Shown here: one piece after another, positions 1 through 13,676 of the stretch
Layout of the letters: every line of letters starts with the position of its first letter
Numbering within the stretch: position 1 is the stretch's first letter
Source of the DNA: Lama guanicoe
Lineage: Eukaryota
Length of the DNA: 64,000 nucleotides
Direction: 5' to 3'
NCBI GenBank assembly: GCA_013239625.1
Contig: MU054391.1
Coordinates: 8,775,095 to 8,839,094 of the forward strand
Notes under the pieces: model-generated
Seen by the model: the letters and a program-made list of their open reading frames with translations, nothing else
Told to the model about the DNA's origin: nothing
Database searches by the model: none
Position numbers and translations under genes: made by a program

Positions 1-130
1 GTATTGATTAATTTCTTTTTGTTAGTTTTGCTTTGTTATATTTTTCTCCAGATCAGCTTTTTAGAAATTCTTTTTGCAAAAGCAGATCATTTTCATTTTC
101 TTTTTCCCCAAGTTAATTTAGTTTTTCCTG

Positions 131-318
131 CTTTATTAAGGTATGATTGACAAATAAAAGTTGTATATATTTAAGGTGTATGATGTGATGTTTTGATATA
201 CGTTTACATTGTGAAATGATTACCACAATCAAGCTAATTGACACATCTATCACTTTACATGAGTACGTGTGTGTGTGTATGTGTGTGTGTGTGTGTGTTG
301 AGAATACCTAAGATCTTC
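131..318 (-). mobile_element. L1 3' end fragment (L1MA-like) with embedded (GT)n
   Basis: Antisense L1 3'UTR motifs (gtatatatttaaggtgta..., cattgtgaaatgattaccacaatcaagctaattgacacatc); (GT)n at ~266-298. Confidence 0.75.
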
Positions 319-2509
319 ATTGCTCTCAAAAGTGTTCCAGTTCAGAGGATAAACAATACGATAGTTTTCATGATGGTTTTCAAGGATAAGTGGTCAACAA
401 ATTTCTGTTAAACGAGTAAAGTAATAGAAATATATTATGAACATACCATGACATTTCACTCAATCCTTTGGGAAGGAAACGATTGGGATGGAGGAGGGGC
501 AGAATCAACCAAGAACTCCTCAGCTGGGGAAGGTCTTTTCTTTTCCAGTGAACTATACTTTCTATAAATGCGATATTTCTTCTCACCTAGAAAATGTCCT
601 CTAGTGAAGCACTTGGCATGCCTTTCTATAGGAGCAGTTTGTAGAACCATCACACACACACACACGCTCACACCCAATGGCCTCAAAGCTAAAACAGAAG
701 AATCCTTTTGACATCTTCACTTCTAAATCAGATACTCAAGTGTTTTACTATTTATGTATCAAAAGGAGAACATTTATTAAAATCTTGGTCTGCACACTTA
801 CAACTGAGCTTAAAACATAATAATATATTTCCCACTTTGCCATCGAAGTGTATCAGTCAAAAGTAAGTGTAAATTTGTGCACAGTGCAATTATGCATTGA
901 CAAATAAATTAATAATGAATCATCCAAGTTTTGTATAAACAGAGCTTTCTTATTTTTTTAAATTAACAACTAGAAGTTCTATCCAAACAGAGCCACGTGT
1001 TTCTCTGTTGGAATGTTAACAGGAGCTCACACAAAGGAGTAGTATTTTTTTAAGCCTGGGAATGAGTAAATAGACTAAAATAAAGAAGATTGGACTGAAA
1101 TTAATATAAACCCAAACAGACTTAAGTCCATATCTTTATTCAGGCTAATATGCTTTAAAAATTGGCTTTACTCTGTCCTGCCAAAATATTCTTTCTAGAC
1201 TCACAAGTCACTCAACTGCTTTGAATTCTACTTTATATTTATAATTTATGTCTTCACTGCTTCCAAGCTAGACGAGAGGCAGCTTGCCACAAAGATCTAA
1301 GTGTAAATGTAGTTTTAGAAACAGATAGAGGTGTGGATATCCATACACATACCCACAGGAAAGTTAAAATGAAAAACAGGAGAAGAGGAAAAGTTATACA
1401 GAAAGGAGATGATAGCTGTGTTAGGAACCAATCTGAAATGTATTCAGGACTCCCCAGCAGCCGAGATAAAAAAGGAAAGAGAATTGATTATATGGTAACT
1501 AGCTCACTCAAACGCATTCCAGAGTATTAATCATAATCTCTTCTAACAGGCTGTCCATCATATACTGCGTGGAGGCAGATTTGGGTTGTCAATCGTGTCT
1601 CCAGTGTTCTCTTTAGAAGATGACAATGATAAGTAAATGCGTTATTTCTCTAAGTAAAAATAAAAGGCAAAAATGGGAATTTATATTCCAAAGTGATAAT
1701 GATTTGATACGAATCAGGCCCCTCTTCTGTCCTTACTACTTAGGCGCTCTTAAGAAAATCATCCTTCATTTCAAAAACACTGGATAATAATAATAATTCA
1801 GCAGGTTATTATCAGAACCATCATGTCAATGTACCAAGTTATACATTATGAGCTATAAAGCTTCGTACAGATATCAGTTGCCACTATGGTCACTGCTATA
1901 TTTCTTAAAATAGCATATGTGTAGAGGGGGAGGATCAGAAGGGAGATTGACACGTGTGCAATTGACACAAGTATTAGTGGTCGTCTGAACCAACTTTTCT
2001 CAGGCACTTTTAATTCCACATGTGTCCTCAGCACACTTAAAAAGCCCAGATTCCAGCAAATGCCAATTTGAATATCTCCCTGAACCCTTCGGCTCTACCT
2101 CCCGTAAGGTGACGCAGGGACTTGGGTAGACAATTTTTTGTGGACAAGCAGCATTTTCCAGATGGAGCTCTGCCTCTGCCTCGGCAGCTGAGATTCAGAA
2201 CAGTCACACAAAGCCTGCTCCTGCCTTCAGCGCTCCTGCTGTCTGCCTTCCTCTGTCTCTTCATCTCACTCTCTCTCATGGGGCTCTTGCCTTGGAATGA
2301 GCTGATCCAAATTAACCTACAATTTTTTAAAGAGGCAATGGGCTATTTCTTAATTGCAGTATCCTGAAGTTCCCAGAAGAAGCAGACATTTTAAATGCAT
2401 AGCCTTACTTCACAGAATAGGTGTACTTTTGTGACCTTCAGTTTCAGCAATGTTTATTAAATAAAACGTACAGGTGTATATTCTGTAAACAGCAGTATCT
2501 ATGTTCATA

Positions 2510-2680
2510 ATAATAACATTTACTGAGAACTAACTGTCAGGTGCTAAGTTGGCTCTTTACGTTCATCATCTCGTTTGATGCTTTCAACAGTCCTATCAGA
2601 TGCAGTCTTTTTTAAATCCCATTTTGTGTATTTATAAACTGAGATTTAAAGAAAGCAAGATTTCAAGTCTTAGATTACAT
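2510..2680 (-). mobile_element. MIR SINE fragment
   Basis: taataacatttactgag...atcccattttg...aaactgaga, a degraded MIR core. Confidence 0.6.
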
Positions 2681-2719
2681 GTCGTTTTAAAAGAGGCTCT
2701 CCCTTACACCCCAGTGTGG

Positions 2720-2945
2720 CACCCCTAGTTTACTCCATATCAAATCACTCCATTTACTTGCTTCGTAGCATTTAATAGAATCTGTATTTGTCCACGGGTT
2801 TCTCACTGTTGTATGTCTCCCCAGCAAATTCCAGACACAGGAATCAAGCCTGTCTGGTCCAACTGTGTCTGCAGCTCCGTGCACAGTGGCAAGACATGCA
2901 CAAAACAAATTGTTGAATTAATTAATAAACAAATGAATAAATGAC
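2720..2945 (+). mobile_element. L2 3' end
   Basis: gcacagtggc...aaattgttgaattaattaataaacaaatgaataaatga, a typical L2 tail. Confidence 0.6.
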
Positions 2946-5329
2946 TCCAAAGTGCAGGCATTTAAGAATACTCTTTCCTCTGCAGTTTGCTGGGTTCTAT
3001 TTTTTTTCTGGCAGCACAAGGAAGGCCTTAAGCAAATTATGAATGTCTCTTGTGTGCTAGGAGAAGTTTATTTCAAATTGAGAGCAAGAGCATAAAATCA
3101 TTTTCTATAGGTCACCAAAGACACTCTTAATATATTCCTAAAAGGAAAGATGGCTCTGAGATTTATCTGGCCACTTCATGATAGTTAGCCCTTTGATCCT
3201 TGAAGTCTTTCAGCTCTATTTGATCCAAAGCATGGCTGAAAGCTTAAGAGAAAATGAATTGTGCCAATAAATATTTACTTTCATCTCTTTTCTACATGCC
3301 GACAAGCTTCTTCTATCTAAACTGTTTTAAAGGTAGAAATGAAGTTGATCATTTCAATGGCTTTGTGAAAAAAAACAGGAGGGGAAAAAAAGCATTTCTA
3401 AGGCACAGTCTTTGTTTTTCTGCTCTGTTACTATGTATGAATTGCTTCTGAATTGCTTAAAATGTAAAAATCTGATTTTAGGAAATTTGAAGGCTTAAGT
3501 TAATTCAACAAACTCAACTAATGCCTTGTAATTCAGATAGTAAAATTACCTCTTCCTCCCATTAATCTTTGGTACAAAAAGTTCCGAGCTGTCTTTTCAC
3601 CACTTTCCCCATGACTTGTACCTATCTATCAACTCAACACACACACACACATATCATTTTCTTCTGGCTAAATCATTTTCTGGCTCAAGATAGAACCCAT
3701 ATGTGACCCATCCAAGAAAGCCTTCCTTTTCCCAGTCTCACCCCACCTTGTACAAGCTCCCCTTCTCCCTGTTGCCATAAAACTTTTATTGCACTGATTG
3801 AGGTCTGTTACCTTTTTTCTGTTTAATTTTGTTACTTACGTGAGATCACTAATAGCAACAACTCGGTCTTGTTCTCTTCTGTATCACCGGTACCCATCTC
3901 AATGCTTGATGAATAATAGCTTTTAATTAATATCTGTTGAATAATTAATGAACAAGAAGACTGACTCTAGTTCCTTTCTTGGAGAATGGTTGGTGGACAG
4001 TGAGTCTGGATAGAACGTATTCTGTGAGATGCCTCCTGGTATGAGTCTGATTTCCAGTCCCTGCCACTGTCCAGACCTGAGCTGGAAACTACAGCAGGAA
4101 AACCACAGAGGCTTGTAACAGGGTGGTACGGGCAGAAAGGCAAAGTAAGAGTGGAGGAGGTTCATAGGGGACTGTTGCTTTGACAGTGCACATGGGAAGG
4201 GAAGGAACTGATTACTCTTGAATGATAAGGAAGACTTTTCAGATAGAACTTAACCTAGGAACACTTTTTTCCGAGGGCTAAACTCCAAGGCAGTTTATAT
4301 AACCACTCCCAGTGCTAGTACAATGGGACATCTTACTGCCTTGAAAAATAAGCATTTAAAAAAGATTGAGCCTTCTTTAACTTTCATAAAGTTCCGTGTA
4401 AAGATGTACATAGAAAAATAAATAATAAAGGCTTGAACAGGTATGAGACTGTTAAGTCTAAACAGAAGGAATGTGAAATTTTACAGTAATTTTCCAGTCC
4501 TATCCAAAGAAATAGCAATTCTAAAACATAGTGGCATGGGCAAGGACCAGAACTGGATCCATAATTGAAACAGTAACATCGAATAGCCACGGTAATAAAA
4601 GGAAAGATAGTTTTCCAATAGCATCACTTGACTAATGAGATAGCCAGTTTCTAGGGTTAGGGAATTAAAGTTTGCAATAAACGTGCATATGTACATATTT
4701 TATAAGTCTATCTAGTGTGTAAACTGAATATAATGCATTCCACAATGCAGCTTCTTTTATAGTACTGGATTAATCAAACTTTAATTATGATCGTGAAGTT
4801 CGGAACCAAGTCTTCTACCTTCCTGGTCCATTCCTTTGCCTGCATCTCTTGTCTCAGACTCAACCTACATATAGGTTTTCTGAATCAGTCTTGCTTGGAT
4901 CATGCGTACACAATTGCATGCGTGTTGTTTCTTCCCTAAAATGCCTACACTGACCCATTCTTCACGTGACAAACTCCTATTCATCCTTTGGACACACAGC
5001 TCATGCATCACTATGTCATTTTCTCCAGGGAAATTTTCCTTGTTGTACCATTTTGGACTCATGTCCCAACTTCCTGAGCCCGCTTGCGTCCACTGTGTAG
5101 ATGGTTCTTACTTTATTTATCCATGTCTTTTCAAAGGAACGCTACATAGTGTTTATATTTTTGCTATTAAAATACATCTGCAGTGAACCTGCTTATAACT
5201 CACACCTTTGCAAATTTGTAGAGAATGCTCTGCAGTAGTTTAAGTGCCATTAAAATCACTTGCCTCTTAAAGAAATATACCTCTGAACATATCTGGCACT
5301 GCTTATACGTTATGTTTGCTTCTTTGCTT

Positions 5330-5900
5330 TTTGGGAAGCAATAGCTAATTTTGATTGTTGTATTTTTGTAGAAGATTGTGCATCATATACAATCTTTACA
5401 TTTCCGTTGATTTTCTCTGTATCTGTGGTTATTTTCTCATTTAATTCTTTTATGTATTTTTTGCTCTCCCCTTTCATTACTTGCTGTGTGTTTGTTTCAG
5501 TAATTACAGGATTTATTTATCAATCTACTACTTCGTCATTCCATAAGACATTAATTTATGCCTTTATCTTTATTGATTTTCTCATTTTGTTTTCCATACA
5601 AAGTCCTTTTTATTCTCCTATAAAATTGAAGGTCCCATTCATTTATGTGCATTAATTCTTACTAAATTGATATTTTCTGTTCTACATTTTTCCTCTGAAG
5701 ATAGCTTCAGCTCCACCTTACAGGATTGAGAGTGCTTTTATTATTGGTGTTATCTAGATATTGCTCTATGGCAGTTTTAATTTTCTCTTTGACATCAGAG
5801 TTTATAAGCTGCTTTTTAGTTCGGTAGCATTTTTGTATTTATATATTAGTGCTTATCTGAATTTAATTTAATGTATCTATTAAATCTAACTTCCAAATTT
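5330..5900 (-). mobile_element. Old L1 (L1M) fragment
   Basis: T-rich antisense L1 ORF2-like sequence; heavily decayed. Confidence 0.45.
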
Positions 5901-6804
5901 CATAATTTATTCCTGCTGCAGTCTCGCTTATGTTTTATCTAATTGGGATTTCAAGGATTGAAGACATACCAACCTCCTTCTCATATGTGCACACACGCAC
6001 ACACATACACACGTTTGCGTAAGTGATTCCACACGTGTGTAGAAACAGGCAAGTGAAACATCATGTAGCAATTATGCTCAGGGGACCAAACAGAGGAGGG
6101 CTTTGCTTTCTAACCACATGCCCTTGTGTAGAATGATTCCTTCTTTCATCGGAGGATATACTATTTTTGTAGAATATTTAAAATATTTTTCTGAACAGAA
6201 TTATTGGAACTACCTTTTCTTTGTATGTACGATTACCTTTGTTAGTTCACATGAGATGTCTTCACTCTCATGTTAATTCATTCAACGAGTATTTACCGTG
6301 TGTCTTCACTGTGCAGGGTAGACAGGATGAAGTGCCATGAGTAAGTTGGACTCACTGATCACTGGGAGTCTTCTGACACCACAGGTTCCACATCAGTGAG
6401 TGCTATTTGGTTTGAGTAGGTTGATTTTGTCCGCTATTCTACTGGCTGGACATATTTTTTTGTCCTACAACACTCTGCATACATCGTCCCTTCGTCTTCT
6501 GTCATCTAATGTGCAAATAGAGGTCTGTTTACCCTCTCTGTGGTGACATTTTTCCTCAGTGTGGTCATGCAATTTTCACTCATCCTTGAATTTCAATCAT
6601 CTCACCTCATTGTCTCAATCTTGATCATTTTTCATTCTCTTTTCAAAAGCCAATGATACCTTGCCCAATATCCCCTTGGTCCATCTGAGTTTATCCCGAG
6701 GTCCAGACAGTTCCTCGTTGTAGTTTCCCACCTCAAAATCTGGAATTTGCTTCCTCTCCCCTTCCTGAAGTCTTTCCCTGCTGCCCAGACCTTTCATGGC
6801 TGCC

Positions 6805-7085
6805 CACCATTGTAGCAGGCAGGGTGGATGCCACCTCGACAGCCTCAACACTGAAGTGGGGGGAGTCAGTAGCTATGCACCCCAGTCTCTGTTTTCTGGT
6901 AGGATTATTTGGAGATTTGTTACACCTTACGTCTCTGACCCAGGGGTCCACAGTAAAAACCAGCTCATTAACACACCCTTTACTGGCTTTTCCTCTTTTA
7001 GTGTCCCACTTTTGCCTCATCTTCCCTCATCCCTTGAGATCAACTCTCCAATAAAATATGTGCACCCAAATTTTTGTCTTAAATG
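6805..7085 (+). mobile_element. ERVL LTR16-like solo LTR fragment
   Basis: cattaacacaccctttactggcttttcc...gatcaactctccaataaa...cccaaatttttgtct resembles the LTR16 3' half, including the poly(A) signal. Confidence 0.6.
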
Positions 7086-7106
7086 AAGGCAACATGGTAC
7101 ATGCTG

Positions 7107-7108
<2 letters not shown>

Positions 7109-7139
<31 letters not shown>
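7109..7139. repeat. (AT)n microsatellite
   Basis: Direct observation. Confidence 0.95.
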
Positions 7140-7140
<1 letters not shown>

Positions 7141-7487
7141 TTCTCTATTTCAGAAAAAATTATTTTATATGTTTCTATTCCATAATGATTTGGGCTATTT
7201 TATTGAATAACCCCAATCTTCCTGCAAGCGCCTAACTTCCATAGAGTTCATCTCATCTTTCATTGTTTTCTTCTTGGCCCATTTCAACTGTATTTTGTAA
7301 GTTTTCTTCAGTCTTGCTCTTCATATAACTGACTCTGTTTTCTGCAGTTCGGCTCTATACATTGCTGCGTTTGATGTGGTTTTAAATACAATAGCATGAT
7401 CTGTTTTCATTTCTTTCCTTAGTGTTGCTGTTTTCCACTTCAATCTCATGCTCTTAATTTAGGATCTCCGATGGGATAGCTTGCATT

Positions 7488-7897
7488 TTGTCTCAGGTTG
7501 GATTCCTTGGAAAGCAGTCTGAGGTGAAGGTTAGTGTGAAGGATGTTTATTAGGAAGTGCTCTTGGGATCCATATGTTGGAAGGGCAGAGGAATAAATCA
7601 GGATTGGGCAGAGGGAGAGATCAAATTCGGTATCAGCCAATCTCAAGGGGAGTTCTGGAGCTGCAATGAGCTATTAGTGATGTACTCTGTGAGGCTGAAA
7701 CAGCCAGGCCTTCATAACCCTACTTTGGTTGGTCAGTGGACGTGGCCACCCTAGGGAGGATTTGAACTAGAGTGAAGTGGGCTCCCTGCAGCCGGGGGGA
7801 GTCCCGGGCTGTCGGCTCTTTGCTGTCAGCACTCCCGCCGGCTCTGCAGCAAGTCCTTCCTGGAAGAGAACTGGTGGCACGGTTCTGAGTCCATCAC
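7488..7897 (-). mobile_element. ERVL LTR (LTR16/LTR33 group)
   Basis: tgtctcaggttggattccttggaaagcagtctgagg...tttattaggaagtgctc...ggattgggcagagggaga. Confidence 0.6.
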
Positions 7898-8419
7898 TAT
7901 TCATTCTCCAATAATTGTTTTCAATTCATATTTGTTTTAATTTCTTTGAGAGTTCGGTTCAGTATCTGTTGAAAATTTTGTTTCTTTGATTATCTTTTTT
8001 TTTAAGAACTTCAGTTTTCATCTTCATTATGAATTTGGTCTTCCTTTATTGTGGGCAGTGGCATGTGTGATACCCTCCTGTAGATGAATCATCTCTGCCT
8101 ATTATTCATTGCGGAAGGGACTGCACTTTCTGAGCCATCTCTTTCCCCAAGAACACGGTGAGTGAAATTTTCTTATCTCTCTCCATTTACCTGGGCACTG
8201 TTTCCATCTTAGTCTCTTAAAATTTATATAGAAGAGCTGGATACTGAAAGTGTAGAATGGATGCAGAGTCACTGGATCTTGGGAGGGGATGGAGTGCTCC
8301 ATGTGGGTAGCAAGTTAGGGCCATTTGCAACCAGCATCATGTCACCATGAGTCAGGCTGCATATTTACATAAGTCACACATGTGCCTCAAGCACTTGTCC
8401 TTCTGCTATTTTCTTAGTA

Positions 8420-8860
8420 TTTGTAGATTCATTCCTTAGCTCTCAGCTCAAAAGTTACTCCTCAGAGGAGTTGTCCCTGATCCCTCTAACCAGGTTAACC
8501 TCTCTACTATAAATTCTGACAGTAGGTCCTGACAAAAGATGGAAATAATTAAACTAGCATTTAATGAAGGAATATTTGCCTGCCGATTGACTGTCTTTGG
8601 TAATATAAGGCTGACTGGGCACAGAAAATGTCTTCAACACTCTCTACCATTTTATTTTTCCATGTTTTCACAGTATTAACACAGTTCCCATTTTACCTGC
8701 TTTGGGGTAATTTGTGATTATATATGTCTTTCACGAGACATGAGATTAGGGACAAGATTTGTTTGCTCACCACTGTATCTCAGCGCCTACCACCCTGCCT
8801 GGTAGGTACTCAGTAAATTACAGTGGAATATAATGTTGAGTAAATGGGTGAATTTATAAA
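8420..8860 (+). mobile_element. L2 3' fragments
   Basis: tctcagctcaaaagttactcctcagag; ttgctcaccactgtatctcagcgcctacc...ggtactcagtaaat. Confidence 0.6.
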
Positions 8861-9218
8861 ACATCGTTCTGCATACCAAAAGCTGGCTAATTAATTTCCA
8901 GTTCCATATAATTTGTTACAAATGCTTGTGTTTCATAGACTTCAAATGCAAATATGTTTAAAAAGTACACTGAGGACATCATCAAATAGCTGATGAAGAC
9001 CAGTGGTGCTCAGTACCACCATTGAAAACAGGAGGAAAGCATAGTCCTTGGCTTTAAGGGGCTTTCAGTCAGAGATAAAACACTATCCAGACCAACAACA
9101 AATCTACAGAAGGGCCCATCAGTCACTAACACCAGAAAATTCACGTGTATTCATCATCCTGGTGAATGTTTAAGGGAATGGATGGGAAAATGCACTCATT
9201 TCTTATCAACATTTTCAG

Positions 9219-9290
9219 GTTAGTAAGAGAGAACTTGGACGTTTTAACATCAAGCCAGCCCATCATAAAAATGTCCGAGCGATTTTTCAG
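9219..9290 (+). other. Candidate 72-nt internal exon (unverified)
   Basis: ttttcag| acceptor, CAG|GTGATT donor, length divisible by 3, two open frames, 3 CpGs retained. Confidence 0.2.
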
Positions 9291-10780
9291 GTGATTGGAA
9301 CAATGTGCTTTTTTGCCTTTTTTGTTTTATCTTGTAGTGAAACATCTTAAAATCACCCAAGGGGAATTAACCTTTTAAATTTCATGTTGTTATAAAAAGA
9401 ACATTCAGTCCCTCCCAGCCTTCACAGAGTTTTTATTGGGGAAACCTGCATGAACTAATTTGTTTCTCCTAAATCTGCAAGTTTTCAAAACAACGACACG
9501 TTTTATGCATTATACAATCTATGTCCATGAAATATATTTATGTTCTGGCAACCTGAAAAATATCTCACACGGCCTGTAAAGGTTTATGGATGTCAAATAC
9601 TTTGAAATATTTTTCCTGAAAGAACTGATGGTCTTATAAAAGTCTTCATTTTTTTCTTTAAAAAAAATCTCGATTCTCCTTTCCTTGGAAAATAATTGAA
9701 CGTTCAAGTTATATGTTCTGACTATCAGTCCTTTACCCCCTGGAGCTCTTTCCCTTCCCAGACAACATCTTGGGTCCTTTTATTATCTCTTCAGTCTGGA
9801 TATTGCAATTCCCATAGAAAGTGCACAATGGCAAATTGCACACTCCTTTAAAAAACTAAAGCCCCTTTAAAGAAATACAATCCAGTACTTTTAGAAAACA
9901 TAAATGCCTTCCTTCTGTGATCAACACACTTCTTACATAAGCAAGAGTTCACTACATGAGTGAGAAGTTCATTGCCAGGTCATTAATCACTTTGGTACTG
10001 AGTAATAACCAATGAGTGTGAAATGGTTCCTGAGACGTTGAAATGAGCCATTCTGTGGTTTGTTAACTCTACCTCAAAGAAATCTTATTCTTATTTCTTT
10101 CATTTTCAGCTTAAAAAGTCTTTGATAAATCCTCATATTATGTTAGGTGGATGTATTGAAATATGTAGACAAACCAGGCAATTTCACAGAGAGGGAAACA
10201 GAGTCTCAAAGAGACAAAGGGACCCATCCAATAGATTAATCAAGGTTCTTAGTTGAAAGCAGCAGAAGCTAAATAGGACAAACTTATGCAAAAGGGATTG
10301 AGAAGCTCTATTGTCAAAAGCCCTATTTTGAGGTAAATAATCAGGGGCAATACCCAAAATCATGTCACAGAACTGGTCCACTGCAAGCACTGCTGGTCCC
10401 CTGGTGGGCTGGTGAGACCTAGCTCACACCGGCAATTCTGCCCAGTGGACTCCAGGCAGGTCCCTCTGGAATCACCGCCATTTACCATCCCTGGAAATTG
10501 GATGCATGGCAACTGCTCCCATCCTTACTGAAACAGATGCTTTCGAGTCTAGTTCTTTGCATCCATAGCTGGTGATTCAAAATCTGGGTCAGTCAAATCT
10601 GTTTGGCACAGTCTGGGTCATATATCAGAGTTGCAAGTAAAGCTACAAAAAAGGCTGAGGAGGTAACTCTAGAGTTTTCAAGTTCTGCAGTGAGAGGCAA
10701 GGTTTGTCTAATGCTTTGGGAATTACAAAAACATTGAAGGCAAGTTAATATACTGCATGGGATTATGTAAAAAGAAACAT

Positions 10781-10890
10781 TCTCTCTCTCTCTCTATTCT
10801 ATATATAAACATATATTATATATAAATGTATATATAAGTTATATATTATTATATATGTTATATAAATTATATATTATATATATATAAAGT
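10781..10890. repeat. (TC)n followed by degenerate (TA)n low-complexity tract
   Basis: Direct observation. Confidence 0.9.
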
Positions 10891-12835
10891 TTACAAGAGT
10901 AAGACATGCCATATAAAGAAATGCCCAAATCCATAAAGGTTCTTTCAGGAGTCTCTTGGAGCTCTGAAGACACCTTATGTTTGGGCTTCCCTGAGAACTA
11001 CTTTACACTTTATAGCTCCTCTATACAGCTGGAGAAGGAAAACCATTTCAGACCTGGCAATCCCAGCATGAAAACTGCTCATGATATCAACAGAGAATAC
11101 TAAACCAGATGACTCTATGGGGAAAGAAGTCCAAGAATGATGCGAGGACACAGGGAAGATGAGGACAAATTCACGTGGGAGAATCGCTTCCTTAATGTGT
11201 AAACATGAAGTTCTCGGGGACACGTCAAGGTGAAGAGAGGTGGGATCCATACCCTGACCTACAGTAGTGACCCTGAGACCTCCCCTCAAAACATGTTATG
11301 TTTAGTTAATTAAAGAGTTGATTCCCTCACAAGAGATAGCACTAGCGAGCTAAAGCAGGGGTGTAGAGAAGGTGTGGTTATTCTGGCCTCTTTCTCCACC
11401 CCCCTCCCACCACCCTCTACCCAACAATGCTGTGTTCCAGCCCTTGTGGAATTCCTTGGGCCTTTACTTCACCACAACTCCAGCCCCATGTAGCTTTTTG
11501 TACCCTGTTTCCATTGCCTTACACTTTTTTCTCCATTCCTTTTTACTTGGAGAACTCCCACGGATCTCTCACCTTCCCACAGGGGACTTTTCTGAGACAC
11601 CCCATCCTCCATTCTGGGTGAGCTGTCTACAGGAGACCTGGAGCTGTGGGCTGTTTATGGAAGTTATGGAGAAGAAGTAACAATGCACTTCATTGCATTG
11701 TGCCTTCCAATTTCTCAAATCATGTCAGAATAATTTTCACCAAAGCTCTCTTGAAGTTTCACCGAGGCTACGACTGAATGAGCAGGGACACTGGCTGATG
11801 GGCTAAAACACTGAAACAGGGTGGTTTCATCATTTGGTGGAGAAGCCAGAACAGAATATGTAAGTTCACCCAGTAACTAGCTGCTGTGGGTCAACTAAAA
11901 GCCATAGGAATGGTATAAGGTTGGCAGAATGAGAATATGCATGTGCTTTCTCTCCAACCCCAAATCTCACAATTTTTTTTAAAATTGAAAATGCAAAAAC
12001 CAGAAAAGGAGGCTGGATGCTCAAGGATATTGATGGCTACCTATTTCAAATCTTTCCACATATATGACTCCACCCCACCAAAAAAAATTCCGCATGGGAT
12101 TAACAAGAACAAATAAAATGGCATATGACACACCTTCATCAACACTAAGTAATAAAGATATAATATATTTAATTATAGATCTAAGAAGACCCATGTAAGC
12201 ACAAATAGCTTAAAAATGTTACATGTACTAAAAAAGCAGAAAAGGATGTGACTTGAAAAGTGGGGAAAGGAAGCGAAAAAGGGGGAAAGCAAAATAAAAT
12301 CACTTATTATAAGTAATAAGGGGAACCAGAGTATCATTTAAAACTGACAAACTAGATAAGAAAAATGGGATCAAGGGCACTTAGGAAAGGCATGAATATA
12401 GAGGAACCATTAGAACGAAAACCTAAACTTTTTTTTAAAAATGGAAGAAATGAATGACTACTTTTTTTAAAAATGGAAGATGACTCCTGTCACAAAGAAG
12501 ACAAATAAATAAATTACAAAATAAAATATTTGTGATAGATCTGAGACCAAACATTACAGCCATATCAATAATGACAAATCTGCCTACCTTATTAGAAGAA
12601 CATATTTTTCACATTTCTAAAAAGTTAAACTCTCGTTATTCGTAACTGCAAAATAGTAGAAATTACCCGACTGCCCAGACATTGAAATATGGTTCGAAAC
12701 AATAATGGAGTGTTAAGCAGCTGTGAATTTGATTGGAAAAAAAAATCCCCATGAATTAAGAGGTAAGGAGATTTCCAAGATGCACATAGAATATTTTCTT
12801 TTCTGTACAGAACTATGTGAAATAAGGAAACTTTG

Positions 12836-13390
12836 TGTATTAGTTTTCTATACTAGGCAACAAATTTACTACAAATCCATCACCTTGAGACAACATGCAT
12901 TTTGCTTTTTATCTCATAGTTTCTGTGGGCCAGAAATCTGGGCACAGCTCAACTGGCCATCTGTTCAGGATCTTAAGAAGCTTAAACCCAGTGTCATCAG
13001 GGCTTCATTCCTTCAGCACTTCCGTGTTCACGTGGTTGCAGGCAGAAGTCAGTTCCTTGTGGTGGTGAGACTGAGGTCCTTGTTTCCTGCTGGCTGTCAG
13101 CTGGGGCTGTTCCCAGCACTTAAAGGGCCCACAGCTCCCTGCCATGTGGGGCTCTTATCATAGTTCTTCTTACAATAAGGTAGGCTATTTCCTCAAAGCC
13201 AGCAGGGTAATCTCTCGTCCTCTCTCCAGTTTGATGTAATGTAACAAAATCAAAGGGGTGACTATCCCCTCACGCAAGTTATGATTTACTGACTAGACTC
13301 AAGTCAAAGTTTCCACCTGTACTTGGGACAGGGGATCACATAAGGTGTGGCCGACTCACTGGGGCCATCTTAGAATTCTTCCTGTCTCAA
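12836..13390 (-). mobile_element. MLT1 (E/F-like) MaLR solo LTR
   Basis: Starts tgtattagttttcta, contains tctcatagtttctgtgggccagaaatctgggcacagctc, ends ggccatcttagaattcttcctgtctcaaca. Confidence 0.8.
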
Positions 13391-13544
13391 CACACTTAGC
13401 TGCTTAGTTTCTACTGAACACAACACACACACTCATACACAAAGAGAGAGAGAGAAGATAAAACAGAAACTAATAAAAATTGGCTATTTAAAAGGGGCAC
13501 AGAAGGAGTGGAATAGCATCAAGAAATAAAAAACAGAAGTCCTA

Positions 13545-13676
13545 GGGAGAGGGTATAGCTCAAGTGGTAGAGCGCATGCTTAGCATGCACAGGGTCCTGG
13601 GTTCAATCCCCAGGACCTCCTCCAAAAAATAAAAAACAACTAAACCTATTTACCTCCCCTCCAAAAAAAAAAAAAA
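13545..13676 (+). mobile_element. Camelid tRNA(Ala)-derived SINE (Vic-1 type)
   Basis: gggagagggtatagctcaagtggtagagcgcatgcttagcatgcac...gggttcaatcccc with Pol III A and B boxes, a non-tRNA body (aaacctatttacctcccc) and a poly(A) tail. Confidence 0.9.

Noticed and set aside
12723..13163. 146-aa ORF
   Set aside because: Runs through an antisense MLT1 LTR; chance open frame.
13545..13620. Apparent tRNA-Ala genes here and at 52899
   Set aside because: Both continue into a shared non-tRNA body and poly(A), so they are SINE heads.
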